Shown here piece by piece: positions 10,101 to 18,989 of a stretch of 64,000 nucleotides of DNA (positions are counted from its first letter, which is position 1; each line of letters begins with the position of its first letter). The position numbers and the translations under genes were made by a program. The notes under the pieces are model-generated. The model was given only the letters and a program-made list of their open reading frames with translations, was not told the DNA's origin and did not search any database. Location of the stretch: contig JAWODC010000090.1 in NCBI GenBank assembly GCA_046483495.1, forward strand, positions 89,785 to 153,784, given 5' to 3'. The DNA is from Desulfobacterales bacterium (GTDB taxonomy: Bacteria > Desulfobacterota > Desulfobacteria > Desulfobacterales > UBA5616).

Positions 10101-11438
10101 TATTTTTCATGCCTGCTCAAGGGCGATCACCAAATCGAACTCCTTGCCCGCATCGAACCCGCCGGTGTTCTCCCGCGCCAATATCAGTCCGTCCCCTCTC
10201 GAATCAGACGAATCGAATTGCCCGAATCGTTGCAGCCGATAGCGATGGAACAGGCGCTGCACAAGGCCATGGATGCCTTCATCGTCGCCAGAAAAGATTT
10301 ATATTCGGTCATTGCGGGATATCCCTGGTTTCTGGACTGGGGGCGGGATGCCTTGATTTTCGTCAGGGGGATGATCGCCGCCGGAAAAGTCAAAACAGCC
10401 GGAGCCGTTATCAAGCAGTTCGGCATGTACGAGGAAAACGGGACACTGCCGAATATGATCGTCGGTGACTATCTGGGGAACCGGGATACATCAGATGCGC
10501 CGCTCTGGTTCTGCATGGCGTGTTCGGATCTTCTTAGAAAAGGCGAGCACATGACCTTTCTGGAAGAGGACTGCGGCGGAAGAAAAATTCGGGACATTTT
10601 GCTGTCCATCGCAAACGCCTATTCTTCACAGACGGCCAACGGCATTCGAATGGACCCGGATTCGGCACTTATTTACAGTCCGGAGCACTTTACCTGGATG
10701 GACACCAATTATCCGGCGGGAACGCCCCGGCAGGGCTACCCGATTGAAATCCAGGCCCTCTGGTACGCGGCATTGAAGCTGTTCGAACGAATCGACGGTA
10801 AGCACGACAGCAGGTGGCAAACGCTCGCCGAACAGCTCCGATCATCCATTTACGCGTATTTTTACCTCGATGCGGAGGGCTACCTGGCGGACTGCCTACA
10901 CGCCGGTCCTCAAACGCGGATTCAACACGCGAAAAAAGACGATGCCCTGCGGCCCAATCAACTTCTTGCAATCACCACCGGACTGGTCGAAGACAAGGCG
11001 GTCGGCCGAAATATGCTTGCCGCATGTGAAGCGCTTCTGATTCCGGGGGCGATCCGCAGCCTGGCGGATAAACCCACCGTGTACCCGTTGACCATCCGGC
11101 ATAACGGTGAGGTTCTCAACGACCCTCACCGGCCGTATCGAGGAAAATACGAGGGGGATGAAGATACGCGACGGAAGCCTGCCTATCATAACGGTACGGC
11201 CTGGACATGGATGTTCCCGCTGTTCTCTGAAGCATGGGCGATGGTTTACGGACCCGCGGCGAAAGATACCGCCCTGTCCATTCTTTTCAGCGGTTCCCGG
11301 TTGATGGAAACCGGATGCGTGGGGCACATTCCCGAGATTCTGGACGGCGACTTCCCTCATATGCCGCGGGGCTGCGATGCCCAGGGATGGGGGGTCAGTG
11401 AATTGCTCCGTGTGTTGATCAAGCTTAATATAAATTAA
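7116..11438 (+). CDS. Two-domain glycogen debranching enzyme (GH13 alpha-amylase-like plus amylo-alpha-1,6-glucosidase)
   Basis: N-half has IQLLPI, GSPYA, DIAVNH, GVDGFRCDAG and ETHD. C-half has IAGYPWFLDWGRD, TWMD, RPNQ, YHNGTAWTW, PEILDG and QGW. Confidence 0.88.
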   Translation: MTAFGVRRMNTDPEIAQFPEPGSKILMFRGNTITFELSLSAARKGSGWLRTNIGNSAVTRREIFRHFRYDETPLGRDWTDIPMSPVNERLFSVTVPLPEVGHFEAKCLFLPEGEIDPVWPAGANTGINVEPADTICANVIYNAFVRQFGPNKAGGYFESTPEDCIELLDSKKYAVIPPSGTFRDLIRELDFIMGTLGCRIIQLLPINPTPTTFARMGRYGSPYAALNFTTVDPAMAEFDLRATPLDQFIELVDAVHHRNGKLILDIAVNHTGWAAAIHELEPRWLARDDKGRIQNPGAWGIIWEDLTKLDYSHKDLWEYIADVFLTWCRRGVDGFRCDAGYMIPEPVWRYVIARVREQFPDAVFLLEGLGGKISVTRDLLNTGNFNWAYSELFQNYDRGQIEWYLPQAVDISKKDGILIHFAETHDNLRLAATSRPYARMRTALCALCSCFGGFGFANGVEWFATEKIVVHESPSLNWGSPENQVDPIQAVSRLLRDHPAFSDRTDISLIETGEGSGIALLRHHRPSGKKLLIIANLDAVNGTTINWLQQPGFTGPVLWDMLSRKKVRIGKSDRYNSAVLKAGEIFCLSEETEEVSRTDSHKTDLTSIPEKILLQRLKAKVLEAIHAVDGLTDLQAFGIEDAAFSLAADPVSFCSRLNTASEEPRVTIWKYPEDVKREVMIPPDHFFCINARMPFRAMLIHKTRVVGIENSLPLQDGTFFALFCPWTRPQTASASLELTLFPSGPAVKATGRLLFLHRRMASDRPRIRNFFAKKDIRKAPMMFLSTNGRGAMFRSALSWSVLQSRYDALLAANLDPDHPVNRHIMFARCRAWVVFQGYSQEVTVETLQSFYYTNGAGYWRFEIPTGKGSHIMLTIKGAMLPGENATLLSFYRHPGQRAGNGPDDAEPVRLILRPDIEDRGFHEVTKAYSGPEQAFPRAVAEHGQGFIFAPSPHHRLSIHISEGDFIREPEWHYMVHRPLEAQRGLDPDSDLFSPGYFSCLLKGDHQIELLARIEPAGVLPRQYQSVPSRIRRIELPESLQPIAMEQALHKAMDAFIVARKDLYSVIAGYPWFLDWGRDALIFVRGMIAAGKVKTAGAVIKQFGMYEENGTLPNMIVGDYLGNRDTSDAPLWFCMACSDLLRKGEHMTFLEEDCGGRKIRDILLSIANAYSSQTANGIRMDPDSALIYSPEHFTWMDTNYPAGTPRQGYPIEIQALWYAALKLFERIDGKHDSRWQTLAEQLRSSIYAYFYLDAEGYLADCLHAGPQTRIQHAKKDDALRPNQLLAITTGLVEDKAVGRNMLAACEALLIPGAIRSLADKPTVYPLTIRHNGEVLNDPHRPYRGKYEGDEDTRRKPAYHNGTAWTWMFPLFSEAWAMVYGPAAKDTALSILFSGSRLMETGCVGHIPEILDGDFPHMPRGCDAQGWGVSELLRVLIKLNIN

Positions 11439-11567
11439 TTCAGACATTTATATTTCAGATCACAGCTGAAAATAAGTGTTGCAAAGGCGGGACAAGATCG
11501 ATAGAAGACACGCTGCACGATACAGGATTCATTGTTGATAATAAAAGGGTTACCGTAAGGATATTCG

Positions 11568-14117
11568 ATGAAAAAATTGCAGACGTTCCAGGTGCTCTGG
11601 TATTTGCCCGAGCCGATTCAGTTTCTTGAAACACTGGCCATGAATTTCTGGTGGAGCTGGAAACGAGACGCCATAGAACTCTTCAGGCGAATCGACCCGC
11701 TGAAATGGGAAGCCTCCGGCAAAAACCCGATTGCTTTTTTGAGCATGCTCTCCCAGAAACGACTCGAACAGAGCTCAAAGGATCCAAGTTTTCTCGCACA
11801 TCAAAATCGCGTCATGGAAGACTTTCGGTACCGGGTTCTTTCAGAACGGGAGCAACCGGGCGAATATTTCGGACGAAACGAAACCATCGCCTATTTTTCA
11901 ATGGAATTCGGTATCCATGAAAGCCTGCCGATTTTTGCAGGAGGGCTTGGAATTCTGGCGGGGGATCATCTGAAATCCGCCTCGAATATGGGACTGCCGC
12001 TGACCGGAGTCGGTCTTCTTTACCGAAGGGGTTATTTCAAGCAATTGGTCAATTCAGACGGATGGCAAGGGGAGGAGTACCCGGAAATCGATTATTATAA
12101 TCTGCCCATCGTGAGGGCCCAGGACATCAACGGCAGGGATGCCCGAATAAACGTGACCGGCCCATCCGGGGACATTCACGCCGACGTGTGGAAAATACAG
12201 GTGGGCAAGATTCCCCTGTATCTTCTGGATGCCAATATTCATGAGAATCCCCCTGAAATCAGGGCGATTACATCGAATTTATATACCGGCGATTTAAAAT
12301 TGAGGCTTTCCCAGGAAGTTCTGCTGGGCATCGGCGGAATGAAGGCCTTGGCGGCCATGGGAATTTATCCCAAGGTTTACCACATGAATGAAGGCCATTG
12401 CGCATTTTGCGGAGTGGAGCGGCTCGCCCAAATCATGACCGATCATCATGTCGATTTGAAAACAGCACTTGAAATTCTTCCCAGAACCACTATTTTCACC
12501 ACGCATACCCCGGTTGCGGCGGGACACGATGAATTCGGTACGGACCTCGTCATCCCGGTATTGAAGCCCTATGAAAACATCTTCCATACATCCGTGGAGG
12601 AAATTCTGTCCTGGGGTCAGGTGAGCGGCCCCAATCCAACCGAACCGCTTTCCATGTTTATCCTGGGCATGCACTTAGCCCAGTATCGAAACGGCGTGAG
12701 CAAACTCCACGGCAGCACCGCCCGCCAGATGTGGTCCCATGTCTGGCCGGACCGGCCCCTGAACGATGTCCCCATTTCCTACGTCACTAACGGCATTCAT
12801 ATATCGTCTTTCATCACTCCTGAGATTTCTTCGCTGTTTGACCGTTACCTGGGGCCGGATTGGTATCTGGGTTCCCGAAGACCCGAAAATATAGAGCTCA
12901 TCGACAGCATACCGGATGAAGAATTGTGGTGGGCCCATGAACTGAGCAGAGCCCGGCTGATCAATATCTGCCGTCAACGGCTGGTGCGGCAGTACAAGCG
13001 CCAGAATGCTCCTCTGAATTTGATCGAGGACATGGAAATGGCTCTGGACAACGACACGCTGACCATCGGGTTTGCCCGAAGGTTTGCCACTTACAAGCGG
13101 GCCTATCTGCCGTTCAGCGACCCGGACCGCCTCGAATCGATACTGAACTCGGAAAACCGTCCCGTTCAGTTTGTCTTTGCCGGAAAAGCCCACCCAAGGG
13201 ATCATGAAGGCAAGGACATTATCAAACGCCTGGTCGAATTCACCCATCGGCCCGGTGCCAAGCGAAAAATCGTGTACCTGGAAGATTACAATATGGACCT
13301 TGCCCGGTACCTTATCCAGGGCGTTGACGCGTGGCTGAACACGCCTAGAAGACCTTACGAGGCATGCGGCACGTCCGGCATGAAGGCAGCCGTAAACGGT
13401 GTTTTAAACATCAGCATACTTGATGGGTGGTGGGTGGAGGGGTATTCTCCAAATACCGGATGGGCAATCGGCAATGGTGAGGAATACCGGGATTTCGCCT
13501 ACCAGGATTTCGTCGAAAGCCAGGCACTCTATAATATTTTGGAAAACGAGATCATCCCGACATTCTATGGCCGAAAAAACGGGGATCTGCCGTTTATGTG
13601 GCTGGCTAAAATGAAAGCCTCCATGAAAATGGTAATGCAGCATTTCTGCAGCCATCGCATGGTGCACGAGTATGAAAACCGGTATTACAATATGGCCGCC
13701 CGGCGTCATGATGCCATGCTGGCCGACAATGCAGCAGAGGCGAAGCGAATCGCCGACCAGGTTCGGCGATACCGGCGGCTCTGGAATCGGATCAGAATAG
13801 AAGAGCCGAAACGGGAGCGGGCCGGGTCTTTCAGAGTCGGAGAACGCTTCGAGGTCTCCGCTGTTGTATTTCTCGGGGAATTGAAGCCCGAGGAAGTTGC
13901 GGTGGAACTCTACTACGGGCCTTACAAGGAACTGGCCGAATTCACCGCCGGTGAGGCGATCCCCATGTCGGCAAAGGAGGATCTGGGAAACGGCGCATAC
14001 CTTTACGGCTGTATGATGGATTGCCGAAACGCCGGTCGATTCGGCTTCACGGCAAGGGTCACCCCAACCGGAGACCAGAGAACGATCCTGACCCCCAAAC
14101 TGATCACCTGGGCGTAA
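11568..14117 (+). CDS. glgP: Alpha-glucan (glycogen) phosphorylase
   Basis: YFSMEFG, GGLGILAGD, HMNEGH, FARRFATYKRA and EACGTSGMK (PLP lysine). Confidence 0.95.
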   Translation: MKKLQTFQVLWYLPEPIQFLETLAMNFWWSWKRDAIELFRRIDPLKWEASGKNPIAFLSMLSQKRLEQSSKDPSFLAHQNRVMEDFRYRVLSEREQPGEYFGRNETIAYFSMEFGIHESLPIFAGGLGILAGDHLKSASNMGLPLTGVGLLYRRGYFKQLVNSDGWQGEEYPEIDYYNLPIVRAQDINGRDARINVTGPSGDIHADVWKIQVGKIPLYLLDANIHENPPEIRAITSNLYTGDLKLRLSQEVLLGIGGMKALAAMGIYPKVYHMNEGHCAFCGVERLAQIMTDHHVDLKTALEILPRTTIFTTHTPVAAGHDEFGTDLVIPVLKPYENIFHTSVEEILSWGQVSGPNPTEPLSMFILGMHLAQYRNGVSKLHGSTARQMWSHVWPDRPLNDVPISYVTNGIHISSFITPEISSLFDRYLGPDWYLGSRRPENIELIDSIPDEELWWAHELSRARLINICRQRLVRQYKRQNAPLNLIEDMEMALDNDTLTIGFARRFATYKRAYLPFSDPDRLESILNSENRPVQFVFAGKAHPRDHEGKDIIKRLVEFTHRPGAKRKIVYLEDYNMDLARYLIQGVDAWLNTPRRPYEACGTSGMKAAVNGVLNISILDGWWVEGYSPNTGWAIGNGEEYRDFAYQDFVESQALYNILENEIIPTFYGRKNGDLPFMWLAKMKASMKMVMQHFCSHRMVHEYENRYYNMAARRHDAMLADNAAEAKRIADQVRRYRRLWNRIRIEEPKRERAGSFRVGERFEVSAVVFLGELKPEEVAVELYYGPYKELAEFTAGEAIPMSAKEDLGNGAYLYGCMMDCRNAGRFGFTARVTPTGDQRTILTPKLITWA

Positions 14118-14164
14118 AGGCGCCGCATCGAACCGCGGACGGGAAAGGCTGAAATACTGCAGAA

Positions 14165-15679
14165 ATGGTGAAAGATCCTGAAAATCCACGCATCCTCATC
14201 GTGACACCGGAGGTGACGTACCTGCCTGACCGCATGAAAAGCTATTCCAGCTATCTCACGGCTAAAGCGGGAGGCCTGGCGGATGTTTCAGCCTCTCTTA
14301 TCAGCGCCCTTTTCACACAGGGCGCTGATGTTCATGTGGCGCTTCCCGACTATCGTTCCATTTTCCGAAACCGGTTGGCCCCGTTTCTGGAAAAGGAGCA
14401 GAACATCATCCGCCGCATCATGCCCGACGACCGGCTTCACCTTGCCCAGGACCGGGCCTTCTTCTATTTAAACAGAGTCTATTCCGATTATTCCCCCGAA
14501 AACATTACCATGGCGCTGGCGTTTCAACGGGAAATCATCAACAACATCATTCCCCGGGTGAACCCGGATCTTATTCATTGCAATGACTGGATGACGGGCC
14601 TGATACCGGCCGTGGCGCGCCAGATGGGAATTCCGTGCCTTTTCACCATCCATAATATCCACTCGGTAAAAAGAACGCTTGCAGACATTGAAGACCGCGG
14701 TATCGACGCTGCTGCGTTTTGGCAGTATTTGTACTATGATAAGATTCCGGACGATTACAATTCTTCCCGGGAAAACGATCCGGTTGACTTTCTGTTGAGC
14801 GGAATTTTCGCCGCGCATTTTGTCAACACCGTGAGCCCCACGTTCTTAAAGGAAATCGTCGACGGCAAACATGATTTTATTTCAGAGGCATTGAAACGGG
14901 AACTTTCGAATAAATGGTATGCCGACTGTGCCTTCGGCATTCTCAATGCACCGGATTCATCCTTCAATCCAAGAACAGACCCCCATCTCGCCGCGCCATA
15001 CGATGCATACAACCATTTCGAAGGAAAGAAAAAGAACAAGTTCGTCCTCCAAAAGCTGCTGGCCCTGATTCCCGATCAAAATGCTCCACTCCTTTTATGG
15101 CCCTCCCGGCTTGACCCTGTCCAGAAGGGATGCCAGCTGCTGGCGGACATTTTTTATGGGGTGATATCCACCCATTGGGACCAAAATCTTCAAATCGTCT
15201 TCGTAGCGGACGGCGACTACCAGCCTGTATTTCGCAATATCGTAGACTATCACCATTTTTCCGAGCGGGTGGCTATCTGCAATTTCGATCAGCATCTCGA
15301 ACACCTGGCATATGGGGCCTCGGATTTTATCCTGATGCCCTCACGTTTCGAACCCTGCGGCCTGCCCCAGATGATCGGCGCCATTTACGGAAGCCTTCCT
15401 GTCGCTTTCGATACCGGCGGCATTCATGACACGGTGGTGCAGTTGGACCCAAAAGAGGGCACCGGCAACGGATTTCTCTTCGCAAATCATGATGCCAACG
15501 GGTTATGGTGGGCCATCCAGGAGGCGCTTTCGTTCTACAATCTTCCACAGGCGGTCAAGGCATCCGAGATATGCCGAATCATGATCGAAAGTGAACGCGT
15601 TTTCAACCATTCCAATACCGCCCGGCAGTATATCGCATTGTATGAAAAAATGCTGAAACGGCCGCTGCTTTCTCCGTGA
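14165..15679 (+). CDS. glgA: Glycogen/starch synthase (GT5)
   Basis: KAGGLAD, HCNDW, TIHN, SRLDPVQKG, PSRFEPCGL and TGGIHDTV. Confidence 0.92.
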   Translation: MVKDPENPRILIVTPEVTYLPDRMKSYSSYLTAKAGGLADVSASLISALFTQGADVHVALPDYRSIFRNRLAPFLEKEQNIIRRIMPDDRLHLAQDRAFFYLNRVYSDYSPENITMALAFQREIINNIIPRVNPDLIHCNDWMTGLIPAVARQMGIPCLFTIHNIHSVKRTLADIEDRGIDAAAFWQYLYYDKIPDDYNSSRENDPVDFLLSGIFAAHFVNTVSPTFLKEIVDGKHDFISEALKRELSNKWYADCAFGILNAPDSSFNPRTDPHLAAPYDAYNHFEGKKKNKFVLQKLLALIPDQNAPLLLWPSRLDPVQKGCQLLADIFYGVISTHWDQNLQIVFVADGDYQPVFRNIVDYHHFSERVAICNFDQHLEHLAYGASDFILMPSRFEPCGLPQMIGAIYGSLPVAFDTGGIHDTVVQLDPKEGTGNGFLFANHDANGLWWAIQEALSFYNLPQAVKASEICRIMIESERVFNHSNTARQYIALYEKMLKRPLLSP

Positions 15680-15746
15680 CAGCCGCGGGCCATGCACCCC
15701 GGGAATGTCCGACGGGAAAACGACATTTGAAAAGAGGGAAAATGGA

Positions 15747-17810
15747 ATGAAGTCCAATCTTTTTCGAAAACATTCGACGGACCGGCAGCGCACCGAACCC
15801 GCAACCCGGCATGTATTTGCCGATAGCGATCCATGGCTGCAGTCATTTAAAGAATGTATTCTCAAGAGAAATGCCGCCGTCTTAAGGACATTTGAAAGCC
15901 TGACCAAGCAAACAGGACGCCTTGCCGATTTTGCGTCCGGTCACCTTTATTTCGGCCTTCACAAGCACCAAGATGAATGGATCTTTCGGGAATGGGCGCC
16001 GAATGCAACCGCTGTCCATTTTATCGGCGAGGCAACACAATGGCGGGAGCTTCCGGAATACAGACTATGCCGGGTGGATGAAAACGGCGCATGGGAAGTG
16101 CGCCTCCCTGAGGAAAAAATCAAACACGGAGACCTTTACCGCTTACGAATGCATTGGGAAAACGGTTGCGGTGATCGATTGCCCGCTTATGCAACCCGAG
16201 TCGTTCAGGATCCCGAAACCTACATTTTCAATGCCCAGGTGTGGAGACCCGAACCGGCTTACCAATGGCGGATTGACACATTCATCCGGCAGCCCGAACC
16301 TCTTTATATCTATGAAGTGCACATTGGAATTGCCCAGGATGCGGAAAAAATCGGGACCTATAACGAATTCACCCGTCATGTGCTGCCCCGCATCGTGGAT
16401 GCCGGTTATAACACGATCCAGATCATGGCGATTCAAGAGCACCCGTACTATGCTTCATTTGGATATCAGGTATCGAATTATTTTGCGGCCTCTTCCCGTT
16501 TTGGAACACCGGAAGAATTGAAGCACTTGATCGATACGGCCCACGAATACGGCATCGCCGTTATTATGGATCTTATCCACTCTCACAGCGTGTTAAACGA
16601 GGTGGAGGGTTTGAGCCGATTCGACGGCACCCCTTATCAGTATTTCCATGAAGGCGGCGACGGCTACCACCAATTGTGGAACTCCCGCTGTTTTGACTAT
16701 AAAAAACATCAGGTGCTGCATTTCCTGCTGTCCAACTGTCGGTTCTGGCTGGAAGAATACCGGCTCGACGGTTTTCGCTTTGACGGCGTAACCAGCATGC
16801 TGTACCATCACCGGGGTCTCGGCAAACGTTTTACTTCCTATGATGACTATTTCAACGGTGAAGTCGACGAAGATGCGCTCGTTTACTTAACGCTTGCCAA
16901 CATGCTGATTCACGATATCGCACCCGATGCCGTGACCATCGCCGAAGATGTCAGCGGCATGCCGGGGCTTGCCGCCCCCCTGAATACGGCGGGCGTCGGA
17001 TTCGATTACCGATTCGCCATGGGTATACCCAATTTCTGGATACACCTCACAACGGATGTTCCGGATGAGCATTGGCATCTCGGAGCGCTGTGGCACGAAT
17101 TGACCAACCAGCGCAGCGATGAAAATACCATCAGCTACACGGAAAGCCACGATCAGGCCCTGGTGGGAGATCAAACGCTGATGTTTCGCCTAATCGGTTC
17201 GGATATCTACGATCACATGACCATCGGTGACGACAACATTCGCATCGATCGGGGCATGGCGCTTCATAAGATGATACGATTGATCACGCTCGCCACGGCC
17301 GGTCACGGGTACCTGAATTTCATGGGAAATGAGTTCGGGCATCCCGAATGGATTGATTTTCCGAGGGAGGGCAACTGCTGGTCGTTTTGGTATGCCCGCC
17401 GTCAGTGGCATCTGGTCGACAATCCCCATCTAAAGTACCATTTTCTGAATCGATTCGACCGCGATATGATTCACTTGGCAAGGGCCCACCACCTGCTCGA
17501 TCATTCGGATTTGGAGCACATTTGGGAAGACGGCGATGCCAAAATCCTGATTTTCCGAAGGGAATTACTGCTGTTCGCGTTTAATTTTCACCCGCATCGA
17601 TCCCGGGAGGGCTATGCATTTCCGGCACCGCCGGGAAAATACGTCATGCTCCTGGATACGGATCAACGCGATTATGGCGGCCATGGCCGTCTTGTACCCC
17701 GCCAGGAGCAGATTTCGACAGCCGATCCGAAATCGAATGAAAACATGCCGTTTTTAAGGCTTTACCTGCCGGCAAGGTGCGCTCTGGTACTGCAACGCAC
17801 CGAGGCATAA
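15747..17810 (+). CDS. glgB: 1,4-alpha-glucan branching enzyme
   Basis: FREWAPNA, IYEVHIG, EHPYYASFGYQV, DGFRFDGVTSM, AEDVSGMP, ESHDQALVGD and NFMGNEFGHPEW. Start set at ATG 15747 after GAGGG. Confidence 0.93.
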   Translation: MKSNLFRKHSTDRQRTEPATRHVFADSDPWLQSFKECILKRNAAVLRTFESLTKQTGRLADFASGHLYFGLHKHQDEWIFREWAPNATAVHFIGEATQWRELPEYRLCRVDENGAWEVRLPEEKIKHGDLYRLRMHWENGCGDRLPAYATRVVQDPETYIFNAQVWRPEPAYQWRIDTFIRQPEPLYIYEVHIGIAQDAEKIGTYNEFTRHVLPRIVDAGYNTIQIMAIQEHPYYASFGYQVSNYFAASSRFGTPEELKHLIDTAHEYGIAVIMDLIHSHSVLNEVEGLSRFDGTPYQYFHEGGDGYHQLWNSRCFDYKKHQVLHFLLSNCRFWLEEYRLDGFRFDGVTSMLYHHRGLGKRFTSYDDYFNGEVDEDALVYLTLANMLIHDIAPDAVTIAEDVSGMPGLAAPLNTAGVGFDYRFAMGIPNFWIHLTTDVPDEHWHLGALWHELTNQRSDENTISYTESHDQALVGDQTLMFRLIGSDIYDHMTIGDDNIRIDRGMALHKMIRLITLATAGHGYLNFMGNEFGHPEWIDFPREGNCWSFWYARRQWHLVDNPHLKYHFLNRFDRDMIHLARAHHLLDHSDLEHIWEDGDAKILIFRRELLLFAFNFHPHRSREGYAFPAPPGKYVMLLDTDQRDYGGHGRLVPRQEQISTADPKSNENMPFLRLYLPARCALVLQRTEA

Positions 17811-17906
17811 ACGATGGATTGCACGTTGTTGAATTGAAGACACCATTCGGGCCGATGAGCAGTTCGCCTTACCGGTTTCGCAGAATTCGGAAAAGGAGGT
17901 TCGTTC

Positions 17907-18971
17907 ATGTTCGGATTAAAAACCGTAAAACGAAAGAAAGTCGGCCTTTCGCCCGGAAGCCTTGTCCATGTCGGTGAAAAAAAATCCGACCGGATCATCA
18001 TCCGTCTGATGCATTACACCGATCGGGAGTTCGAAGAAAAAGAATGCACCACAATTGACGAATGTTTTCCGTATTTCAACGCAGACGGCATCACGTGGGT
18101 CAATATCGACGGGCTGCACGATGTCGAGGTCATCAAAACAATCGGCGAAAACCGCAATCTGCATCCCCTCATTCTGGAGGACATCCTCAATACCCACCAA
18201 TCCACCAAGATGGACGAGTTGGATCGTTATCTGTTCATCATATCGAGAATGTTATACTTCAATGAACACACCGACAGTCTCGAAAGCGAACAGGTAAGCC
18301 TTGTGCTGGGGAAAAACTTCGTGATAACATTTCAGGAACGGAAGGGGGATGTCTTCGATCCGGTAAGGGAAAGAATCAGGACTTACAAGGGCCGTATCCG
18401 GAAGATGGGGGCCGATTATCTGGCTTACGCCCTGATGGATATCATTGTGGATAATTATTTTGTTGTTATCGATAAAATCGAAGATAAAATCGAACACATC
18501 GAAGATTCGGTGATGACCGCCCCCCGGCCCGAAATGCTCGAGACCCTCCATTATCTCAAGAAGGATATCATCCTGCTTCGAAAATCGGCCTGGCCGCTTA
18601 GAGAAATCATTATGGCGATCGAAAGGGATGAGCCGGGCCTCATATGTGAAGCAACGATCATTTACTTCAAAGATCTCTACGATCATACCCTTCAGGTGAT
18701 GGAAGCCGTCGAGACATTCAGGGACCTCGTTTCCGGCATGCAGGATCTATACCTCACCAGCATCAGCAACCGAATGAATGAGGTGATGAAGGTGCTGACG
18801 GTTATCGCCACTATTTTTATCCCCCTGACATTCATCACCGGTATATACGGCATGAATTTCAACGATATGCCGGAACTTGCGTGGCCGTTCGGCTATCCGT
18901 TGGTGTTGATGCTCATGCTCATCGTCGGGCTCTTGATGGTGGCCTATTTCAGACAAAAAAAGTGGCTCTAA
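17907..18971 (+). CDS. corA: Magnesium/cobalt transporter CorA
   Basis: YGMNF signature and MPEL loop; AGGAGG RBS. Confidence 0.95.
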   Translation: MFGLKTVKRKKVGLSPGSLVHVGEKKSDRIIIRLMHYTDREFEEKECTTIDECFPYFNADGITWVNIDGLHDVEVIKTIGENRNLHPLILEDILNTHQSTKMDELDRYLFIISRMLYFNEHTDSLESEQVSLVLGKNFVITFQERKGDVFDPVRERIRTYKGRIRKMGADYLAYALMDIIVDNYFVVIDKIEDKIEHIEDSVMTAPRPEMLETLHYLKKDIILLRKSAWPLREIIMAIERDEPGLICEATIIYFKDLYDHTLQVMEAVETFRDLVSGMQDLYLTSISNRMNEVMKVLTVIATIFIPLTFITGIYGMNFNDMPELAWPFGYPLVLMLMLIVGLLMVAYFRQKKWL

Positions 18972-18989
18972 GGACAAACGGGAATTGCC

